From IMG/VR virus record IMGVR_UViG_3300030333_007172, positions 1 to 64,000 of that record: 64,000 nt of DNA, one strand, 5' to 3'. The notes under the pieces are model-generated. The model did not search any database and was not told where the DNA came from. It saw only the letters and a program-made list of their open reading frames with translations. Below are positions 57,218 through 64,000 of the stretch, in pieces. Numbering within the stretch: position 1 is the first letter of the stretch; each line of letters begins with the position of its first letter. This DNA comes from a virus. The position numbers and the translations under genes are program-made.

Positions 57218-57991
57218 TTATAAATTTAATTCAAGATCGTTTTCATCGTCGCTAGCGCCCATATCGTTCATTTCTTGACCTTGGACTGCGCTATCATACG
57301 CTTGATTTGTTGGTTCGTCAACTTCGGGAGTAATTTCTTTTTCAAACTTATCAAAATATAATTTTAAATTAGCAATTAAGTAATCATAAAATAATTCTTG
57401 ATCTTCAGTATTAGAAAGCAAATCGAAAGAATCTACAATACTTGTTTGAATTTTTTTGAAAGCGTTATAAGCAACATTACGACCAGTTTCATCAGCCCCT
57501 TCTAACCCAAATTCATCGCGAGGGTCTTCTTCTTCAACATCTTCATCATCAGATTTTTCAGCATCTGTACGAATATCAATAAATTTATCGTCATCAGTGA
57601 TATCAACATCGATGTCTTCTTCTAATGCGCCACTTTCATCAGCGGCCTTTTCATTAGCTTCTGCAGGAGTTAATGCTCCAATCACAGCATTGATAATATG
57701 TGAGCGAAATGATTTTCTTTGCTCTGGATCTGTTGTAAGAAGCTTAAAATCGGTTTCTAAAACAGGAATAATCTTTTTTAAAAGATCTTCTAACACATTG
57801 ATACCAGTAGATTTGTTAGGTGTAGGCTCGTTGTCTGGAACTGTAGATTCTTTTAATAATCTTACTTCGTGCTTTAAAAGTCCACGAATTACATCTCGCA
57901 GTTTTTCTTCATCTAATTTTTGTTTTGCCTTGACAACTTTAATTGCTCGGCGTATACTTTCTCTTAGTACTTTTTCTTCTTTTGCGTTCAT
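57218..57991 (-). CDS. Acidic helical protein, probable head/prohead-associated
   Basis: 257 aa, D/E-rich; LRE, LKE and LEE sites resembling prohead-protease targets. Confidence 0.5.
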   Translation of the reverse strand: MNAKEEKVLRESIRRAIKVVKAKQKLDEEKLRDVIRGLLKHEVRLLKESTVPDNEPTPNKSTGINVLEDLLKKIIPVLETDFKLLTTDPEQRKSFRSHIINAVIGALTPAEANEKAADESGALEEDIDVDITDDDKFIDIRTDAEKSDDEDVEEEDPRDEFGLEGADETGRNVAYNAFKKIQTSIVDSFDLLSNTEDQELFYDYLIANLKLYFDKFEKEITPEVDEPTNQAYDSAVQGQEMNDMGASDDENDLELNL

Positions 57992-59979
57992 CGAATAAGT
58001 CCCTTTTCCATAATTAGTCTCATAACTTCATCAGTGGTATTATTTTCTGCGATTCCTAAAGTTCTTTTCATTACCTTATCTTTCTTTTTGTCTTTTTTCG
58101 GAACAACGTTTCCTGAATATCCTACGTTGCTTCCGCCGGCCCCAGAAGAAATTTCGTTAAGTCCAGTATTGATTCCTAAAATAGATAGAAAATCAAAAAC
58201 ATTATCATCACCAGTAAAGTCTTCTAAAAGCTCAATAGCTTCTTCATCTTCATCTGCAATCCCAAGAAGATATCGCATATCAGATGCGTGAAATTGTCTT
58301 GGATCTTTGCCGGCGCCTTTAACGCTTGGCATTTCTTCACGAATTGGTGACTGATTTAACAAATCCATATAATAAGAGGAGTGGTTAATTGGATCTACAG
58401 CAGAATTTTGAAGAGGAACCATTTTGACTCCCGGCTTTAAATACTTTTCAGCCGTTTGAAAACGAGCAGCATCATTACCTTTCGACGAAACACCAAGAAT
58501 TACAGTATCCCCTTCATGCAATGGACCTTCGCTACCAATAAAATCATATGTAGCTGATATCGGAGAGGCATGATCAGAAATCTGCACTTGCACATTTGGA
58601 AGATGAGATACTAACGACTCCCACATACGCTCAGAGTCTTCGGCAGTGATTTCTCTACCATTTGGTAATCTACGTCCGCTTTTAAGAGGTCGAGAAATTA
58701 AAACAACAACTTCATCGGCCATGTCAGAATATTTTTCAACCATTCCTAAATGTCCTCTGTGCGGTGGCTTAAAAGCGCCAGGAACAATTGCAATTTTTTT
58801 AGCTTCTACATCAACTGGCTCACCAACTGGATCAGCATCTTCGTCATCTAAAGCCGGCTCATCTTCTTTCATTATTACTGGCTGCTGTGGTGCTTGACCA
58901 AATCCGCCACCAAGGTTACCTAAAATAAACTCTCCAGTAATCTTTACAGGATTCGGACCAAAAAGCTTATCATCACGAATAACAACACCTTCATGGTTCA
59001 TTACGTCGCCCATCGGACTCGTTAAACCTCCTAGAACTTTGTTACCTAATAATCTAGTAGCATGCATCATTACAGCACCATAAATTGCTGCTTCAGCATC
59101 ATTGTCTTCAATTAAATCTACGATTGGTACTTTTTGTTGCAGAATATTCAGATAAAGTTGCTTATGAAGCGGATGAGTTTTTGATCCGTCCTTTAACTTG
59201 ACTGTTTTATAACGCGGATTAGTGGCCTCAGATAACCACTCACCTAAAGACTTAGTAATCTCGCGATCATCTGAAATTTTAACAGTAAATGGCTCTGAGA
59301 GTACGTCACTGTACTCAATGTCAGCCATTTTCTCGGTCGGCACACTACCATATACCTGAAATCCTCGCTCGTTTGCAATTGGGTTAAGCTTTTTAACAAG
59401 CTTTTCCATAACACCGGGGTCATAAGGTATTTCTGTGCTCGGAGCTTTCACGCCTTCAGGACGTTCCATTCCAGGTCTTTCAATACCTTTTGCAGCCCCA
59501 GATTTACCAATTTTGTGATAAAATTGATTTAGCCCGTGAATAGCAAGGAAATTTTCATCATATTCGGTAACGTTTGTTGTCCCTTCTACATATTCAGTAT
59601 TTAAAAATCGAGAAGGATCATCCCACATGCCCAATGCAACTAACTCTGATTTTATTGAGGGTAACGCTTCGTTTAAAATTGACAACAAAGTTTTGATTGC
59701 CGGCCGCATTCCATGTCCTTCTGGAAAACGGTCATCAACGCGGGACATCGTGATTCCTTCGATGTCTATTGGTTTGAGAGAACCACGGTCTACCGCAAAT
59801 TGTTTCTGTTCATCGCCGACAACTTTAAACGATACGTTTACGCCGTCTATTTTAACCGATCCTGCCCCTTGTTTTTCTACGTAGGTCTTAGCCCTTTCAA
59901 AAAAATCAAGAAGGTCAGAGCCTGTGTTAACCCACCCTAAATCAAAAGGATGGGCCATGTGTCCAGCTGCACCACCCAT
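57988..59979 (-). CDS. Fusion of a ligase-superfamily nucleotidyltransferase and a HIGH-superfamily nucleotidyltransferase
   Basis: N-term KIDG (motif I), LNTEYV (III), HEGVVIR (IV), VKITG (V); C-term PGAFKPPHRGH and HASDMR. Confidence 0.7.
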   Translation of the reverse strand: MGGAAGHMAHPFDLGWVNTGSDLLDFFERAKTYVEKQGAGSVKIDGVNVSFKVVGDEQKQFAVDRGSLKPIDIEGITMSRVDDRFPEGHGMRPAIKTLLSILNEALPSIKSELVALGMWDDPSRFLNTEYVEGTTNVTEYDENFLAIHGLNQFYHKIGKSGAAKGIERPGMERPEGVKAPSTEIPYDPGVMEKLVKKLNPIANERGFQVYGSVPTEKMADIEYSDVLSEPFTVKISDDREITKSLGEWLSEATNPRYKTVKLKDGSKTHPLHKQLYLNILQQKVPIVDLIEDNDAEAAIYGAVMMHATRLLGNKVLGGLTSPMGDVMNHEGVVIRDDKLFGPNPVKITGEFILGNLGGGFGQAPQQPVIMKEDEPALDDEDADPVGEPVDVEAKKIAIVPGAFKPPHRGHLGMVEKYSDMADEVVVLISRPLKSGRRLPNGREITAEDSERMWESLVSHLPNVQVQISDHASPISATYDFIGSEGPLHEGDTVILGVSSKGNDAARFQTAEKYLKPGVKMVPLQNSAVDPINHSSYYMDLLNQSPIREEMPSVKGAGKDPRQFHASDMRYLLGIADEDEEAIELLEDFTGDDNVFDFLSILGINTGLNEISSGAGGSNVGYSGNVVPKKDKKKDKVMKRTLGIAENNTTDEVMRLIMEKGLIR

Positions 59980-60233
59980 TATGAATCCTCGTTTTTGTTT
60001 TCTTCTAAAATAGTAAGCCTTTCTTCAAGAATCTGAAGTTCATTTTGCATTTGACGTGCAGACCGGCGCGCCTCTCTAAGATGCTGTTTAGCTATAGATA
60101 AACGTCGCTCTTCAGTCATAGACCTTGGTTTTATTCCTGCGATTATTTCCTGTAAACCCTGAAGATAAGTAAAAATACTTCTTTCTTTAGAATTTTCATG
60201 CAAATAATCAAACCACTCTTGATTATCAAACAC
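59979..60233 (-). CDS. Hypothetical coiled-coil protein
   Basis: 84 aa; SD AGGAG, GTG start. Confidence 0.6.
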   Translation of the reverse strand: MFDNQEWFDYLHENSKERSIFTYLQGLQEIIAGIKPRSMTEERRLSIAKQHLREARRSARQMQNELQILEERLTILEENKNEDS

Positions 60234-60252
60234 AATGTACTCCTATTTTAGT

Positions 60253-60534
60253 TTACTTAGACTTTGTAGATTTAGCGCGGGGCTTTCGATTAGATTTTGC
60301 CTTTGCTTTTGGCTTAGGTTCTTTTGCTGCTTCTGGCTCAGAAAGTTTTTCAGGCTCTGTGCAATCTGGCTCGTCACAGCATTCCTCTTCGGGCTCAGGC
60401 TTGGCTGCTTTGGGGCGCGCCTGTGGGGCGGGTTGAGATACTTCTTCGGCCGCCTCTGGTTCCGCTGGGGCTGACGCTTCTTTTTCTGCTGCAACTTTTG
60501 CTAAAAGCCAATGTTTCTTCCATACTTTACCCAT
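60253..60534 (-). CDS. Low-complexity A/E/P/K-rich protein with basic tail
   Basis: 93 aa; SD AAGGAG; KPKAKAKSNRKPRAKSTKSK tail. Confidence 0.6.
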   Translation of the reverse strand: MGKVWKKHWLLAKVAAEKEASAPAEPEAAEEVSQPAPQARPKAAKPEPEEECCDEPDCTEPEKLSEPEAAKEPKPKAKAKSNRKPRAKSTKSK

Positions 60535-61681
60535 TTTTCTTCATCTCCTTGAGTCTAAGTACAAGCGCTTGAGCTAATTTTGCCGCTCTTTGCTCTTGCA
60601 ATTTTCGCTCTTCGTTTACATAAGCTTTATCGCCTTTCTTTTCGCCGCGACCTTTTCCACTATGTTTAAGATCATCATCTTTCTTAGTGGTATAGTCTTT
60701 TTCACCCTTGTGAGTCTTAGAATCATCACCTTTAGACTCGCCATCATCTTTTTTGCCAGGAGGATGACCGTGACCTTCAGCTAGCGATGCGTTTGTGACT
60801 TGAATGTCTTCTGCTGCAACGTTTTCAAGAATTGTTCCATCTGCTAACTTCATGTCGTAATGTGTAACTCGACCAAGTTCTTTATTATAATTATGATTGA
60901 CTGCTTCAGCCATTTCAACGGAGCCGTTATAAGAAACGCCACCGTGATGCACGCAATAATGATTAGGAGCAAAAACATCATCTTCAGTCTCTTCTAAAGG
61001 ACGTACTCTTCGCGCAGAATCACGACCAGCAACTCTGTCGGGGGAGTCTTTTCTGCTCTTCTCATCAATTTGTTCATCTTCCTCTAAAGCACCACCAGAT
61101 TTAAGAGCTTTTTCTTCTTCATCTTCTCTTTTTTTAGTGCCTGTAAAATCGGCTGGATCTTTTTCAGAATCGGCCTCGTTTAATTTATTAAGGGAAAAAC
61201 TAAAACCCCATTTTTCTGTAAGAAGAGTGTTAATCTCTCCATTTTTCCAATCTTTTGTAGACATCGAACTTTTAACTCCTTTTTGTAAATGTTCATTATA
61301 AATAGTACCTTTTATACTGTCTTCCCAATCTCTAAAAACTATTGACGCTTGGTAAGCTTCAATTTCCATATTTCTTAGATGAGAATCTTTCTGCGCATAC
61401 CCTTGTTCACCCATCCCTTCTGTATTATCAAAATCTCCGTTACATTTTTGTGTATGGTGCATTAACTCGTGCGCCAACGAGCGCATAATATCTTTAGGGT
61501 GTCGATTTGTAGTATAAAGAGTGATGGCTTCATTCTCCGGATCGTAGAAACCAGTTTTGCCTAACGGATTAGCCGCGTTCTCAGCATCTTGTTTCAGAAA
61601 TAACTTTGGTGGACGGTCAAAGCCCATTTTTTCTTTTGCAAAAGGCATAAATTGTTTAATTAGGGCTTTTAAATCGTTCAT
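60527..61681 (-). CDS. Putative head-associated protein with N-terminal HExxH metallopeptidase domain
   Basis: DIMRSLAHELMHHTQ...MEIEAY; charged C-terminal part with LNE/LEE/LAE sites. Confidence 0.6.
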   Translation of the reverse strand: MNDLKALIKQFMPFAKEKMGFDRPPKLFLKQDAENAANPLGKTGFYDPENEAITLYTTNRHPKDIMRSLAHELMHHTQKCNGDFDNTEGMGEQGYAQKDSHLRNMEIEAYQASIVFRDWEDSIKGTIYNEHLQKGVKSSMSTKDWKNGEINTLLTEKWGFSFSLNKLNEADSEKDPADFTGTKKREDEEEKALKSGGALEEDEQIDEKSRKDSPDRVAGRDSARRVRPLEETEDDVFAPNHYCVHHGGVSYNGSVEMAEAVNHNYNKELGRVTHYDMKLADGTILENVAAEDIQVTNASLAEGHGHPPGKKDDGESKGDDSKTHKGEKDYTTKKDDDLKHSGKGRGEKKGDKAYVNEERKLQEQRAAKLAQALVLRLKEMKKNG

Positions 61682-62568
61682 GTGTCTAAAAATACCTCTT
61701 TTTGATTATCAGAGTACCAGATATACTCTAAATAGTTCCCAAATGGGTCTTTTACATAAACTCCAGTTGTTCCATCACGATGTTCTACTCTAATGCCTTC
61801 ATGAAGGTCTAAATTCTCTTTTTTCTCAACTAAAACTCCAAAATGTTGATGTGGATAATGTTTTTCATCAATTAGTGCAATATTTGTGTTTGAAAGACGC
61901 ATTCTAATGTATTTTGGGTCTCGAAAAGTAACTTTTCCGTTTAATTGACGAGTATACCACTCTTCAGCTTCTTTCAAATTACTTACACGTAACGCTATGT
62001 GATCAACACAGCTTTTTTTAGTGTTTTCAAAACAATTATGATGTTGCCAACATCGAGGTTCGTACAGTTCTGCGCCACCAACTGTAATTTCTTCTAAATT
62101 ATCTACTTTTCTGTGTGTGTAATATGCATCTGCTCCGCAAACGGTACAAACAGCCGCACATTTCTCGATTTTAGTGGCCCAAGGAAACATTACTTGTACT
62201 TCATCAAAAATATTACCACTAGCAGATAACTCAAGTGAAGATACTACAATGGTTTTACCAATTTTAAATAAATTGATTAAAGTTTTACCAATTCCAGGAA
62301 TCATAAAGGCTTCATCAACAGCAATAACGTCATATTGCTCTAAATTACAAATTTTAGCTAAATCTTGACCACTTTCTACTAATTTTGCTTTAATTTTTGC
62401 ACCAGAATGTGTACAAATTTCAGATTCTGTGTATCGATTATCAATTTTAGGTTTAAATGCGACAATTGAACGTTTTTGATATTTATATCGTTCTAACTTT
62501 GCTAGCATTTTTGTTGTTTTAGACCCAAACATAGGGCCGCAGTAAATAATAAACTCTGGATTTTGCAT
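61678..62568 (-). CDS. tdk: Thymidine kinase (type II) fused to a VOC/glyoxalase domain
   Basis: GPMFGSKTT, KPKIDNRY, THSG, VDEA, CTVC, VGGAELYEPRC; C-term VDHIALRVSNLKEAEEWY...HFGVLV...YVKDPFGNYLEY. Confidence 0.85.
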   Translation of the reverse strand: MQNPEFIIYCGPMFGSKTTKMLAKLERYKYQKRSIVAFKPKIDNRYTESEICTHSGAKIKAKLVESGQDLAKICNLEQYDVIAVDEAFMIPGIGKTLINLFKIGKTIVVSSLELSASGNIFDEVQVMFPWATKIEKCAAVCTVCGADAYYTHRKVDNLEEITVGGAELYEPRCWQHHNCFENTKKSCVDHIALRVSNLKEAEEWYTRQLNGKVTFRDPKYIRMRLSNTNIALIDEKHYPHQHFGVLVEKKENLDLHEGIRVEHRDGTTGVYVKDPFGNYLEYIWYSDNQKEVFLDT

Positions 62569-62831
62569 TATTGTTCTCTATCGTTTTCTTTGCGAGAAAC
62601 CAATCGTAAACTCATGGTAAATAACTCTAATTCCACTCTTGAACCACTCAGTGGTAGAACTGTTGCTATAGAAACAACACGATTAGATTTTATTTGATTA
62701 ACTAATCGTGTAATAACTCCATAAAGATAATTCCATTGATGTTCATCGCTATTCCATGTTGACCATTCTACTATATCACCAATTTTAAAATCTTTGGAGA
62801 CCAAACTACCAAAATCTTCTTTTTTATCCAC
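62568..62831 (-). CDS. Hypothetical SH3/KOW-like protein
   Basis: FKIGDIVEW...YGVIT. Confidence 0.5.
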   Translation of the reverse strand: MDKKEDFGSLVSKDFKIGDIVEWSTWNSDEHQWNYLYGVITRLVNQIKSNRVVSIATVLPLSGSRVELELFTMSLRLVSRKENDREQ

Positions 62832-63024
62832 GATAACTTACTATCCACGCACATATATTTTTAACTAGTAGTTGATTCATAAGCTCAATTGCTTGTTCTT
62901 CTGAATCATATGGCCCGTCTGCGCTCATTTTGTTCGCAGTATCTTCATAGCGGTGAACAAAATACAAAATTCTATTCGATTTCGATTGACCCGCTGCTAT
63001 GTAGGTTCTCTTCGGCTTCTTCAT
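62824..63024 (-). CDS. Hypothetical protein
   Basis: 66 aa; GPYDSEEQA. Confidence 0.55.
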   Translation of the reverse strand: MKKPKRTYIAAGQSKSNRILYFVHRYEDTANKMSADGPYDSEEQAIELMNQLLVKNICAWIVSYRG

Positions 63025-63205
63025 TTATATCATAAATAGCACTTCCTGATGTTATGATATCGTAAGTTTTTAGTTTTTTGTTATAAACTACTTTTTGTTT
63101 GTCTTTTAAATCTAAAATTTTTCGTTGTCGTGTATTGACATTAATAATTTCAATAGTGGCCGTCAATCTTCGATGATTTCTAGATTTTTTTCTTCTGCGT
63201 CCCAT
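62972..63205 (-). CDS. Hypothetical basic protein
   Basis: 77 aa; TAATG overlap with the upstream ORF. Confidence 0.5.
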   Translation of the reverse strand: MGRRRKKSRNHRRLTATIEIINVNTRQRKILDLKDKQKVVYNKKLKTYDIITSGSAIYDINEEAEENLHSSGSIEIE

Positions 63206-63357
63206 TATAATCTAAGTTTTGGCGAATCTATTATGGTAGCAGTTATTGTCGCTAATAAGGTTATTGCTGTAAACTCAAAACCAAAAATTCCGTAAAGAAT
63301 CCATCCTCCTAAAATTACAGTTGTATACTTCCATACTTTTCCAAATGTAAATAACAT
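63205..63357 (-). CDS. Small membrane protein (50 aa, not in ORF track)
   Basis: MLFTFGKVWKYTTVILGGWILYGIFGFEFTAITLLATITATIIDSPKLRL*; TAATG overlaps at both ends. Confidence 0.65.
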   Translation of the reverse strand: MLFTFGKVWKYTTVILGGWILYGIFGFEFTAITLLATITATIIDSPKLRL

Positions 63358-63653
63358 TAATTAAATCCTAAATCTAATATCTCTTCTTTGTCTATTAATA
63401 CAATTTCATTTGCGTCTACATAAATCATAACTCTTCCCTGCTCATCTTCTTCGTCGCTAACAATATATCCCTTTGTTCCTCTGCTGATTCTTATCATTGT
63501 TTTGGTATTTGGCTGATAACACCAAATATAGCCTGAACCACGTATAAAAATTTCTGGGATTAGGTCCCCATCTTCTTCTGTGATTTTACCAGCTATCTGT
63601 TTTAATAGCTTTTTAAAAAAGTTTTTGTCGTATGTTATATTCTGTGACATCAT
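63357..63653 (-). CDS. Hypothetical protein
   Basis: 98 aa ORF on the coding strand. Confidence 0.6.
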   Translation of the reverse strand: MMSQNITYDKNFFKKLLKQIAGKITEEDGDLIPEIFIRGSGYIWCYQPNTKTMIRISRGTKGYIVSDEEDEQGRVMIYVDANEIVLIDKEEILDLGFN

Positions 63654-63688
63654 TGTAACTAGATGCCCACATATGGTTCAAACACGTA

Positions 63689-64000
63689 TCATCCTTGAAA
63701 GTACTTAGATAATGCTAGCGCGGTGGCCATCAAAAACTGAACTACTGCAAAAATAGTGATAGCTTTTGTCTTAAAAGTCTTTAAATCCTCAATTTCTTGT
63801 ATGGCTGTTTTTAATTGTGTTGGAGAAGCAATTTCATCAATTTTTTCTTTCCACTCTTTGAGATCTTGAACTCGATCTTCTTTTGCCTTTAGTTCAGTCA
63901 ATTGATTTTTAACATCTTGAAGCTCTGTTCTGAGTCCTTCAATTCCGTTAGCTAAAGTCTCTAGTTGTTGTAAAACTAATCGAGAATATTGATCCCAACT
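63689..64000 (-). CDS. Coiled-coil protein with C-terminal TM helix (5'-truncated)
   Basis: Frame open to the right edge (SWDQYSRLVLQQLETL...KAITIFAVVQFLMATALAL). Confidence 0.6.
   Translation of the reverse strand, partial: SWDQYSRLVLQQLETLANGIEGLRTELQDVKNQLTELKAKEDRVQDLKEWKEKIDEIASPTQLKTAIQEIEDLKTFKTKAITIFAVVQFLMATALALSKYFQG

Noticed and set aside
28-62368. Plus-strand ORFs and short off-frame minus-strand ORFs in the track
   Set aside because: They are shadows lying within or across well-supported minus-strand genes and have no recognisable motifs.

Overview
This window is a fragment of a large, AT-rich, contractile-tailed bacteriophage genome (T4-like baseplate genes; probably a jumbo phage). 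Essentially every gene is on the minus strand, tightly packed, and read with the standard bacterial code. In transcription order (right to left) it holds four blocks. (1) 64.0-57.2 kb: small ORFs, a thymidine kinase fused to a VOC/glyoxalase domain, and acidic, probably head-associated proteins, one of which fuses a ligase-type nucleotidyltransferase to a HIGH-motif nucleotidyltransferase. (2) 57.2-44.7 kb: an accessory region with host sigma70-type promoters, a Fis-like protein, a one-piece tmRNA, Hsp20, an FKBP/SlyD PPIase, a permuted papain-like amidase, a VWA lipoprotein, a eukaryote-type phosphomannomutase, an HNH nuclease, tRNA-Gly(GCC), tRNA-Thr(TGT), PIN-PhoH and an Fe-S PD-(D/E)XK nuclease. 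(3) 44.7-25.0 kb: a ~20 kb glycan biosynthesis island with many glycosyltransferases, sulfo- and methyltransferases, GMD/RMD, GDP-mannose 3,5-epimerase, split HldA/HldC, a nucleotidyltransferase-RpiB fusion and WavE. (4) 25-0 kb: a phage sigma factor and baseplate/tail genes, ending in a >3,400-codon LamG-containing ORF that the ORF track missed because it runs off the left edge. The strongest candidates for undescribed biology are the ligase/HIGH-NTase fusion, a possible NDP-ketose activation module in the glycan island, a recurring late-promoter-in-hairpin translational switch, and the TK-VOC fusion with altered base-binding residues. All functional calls come from motifs read by eye; no searches were run.
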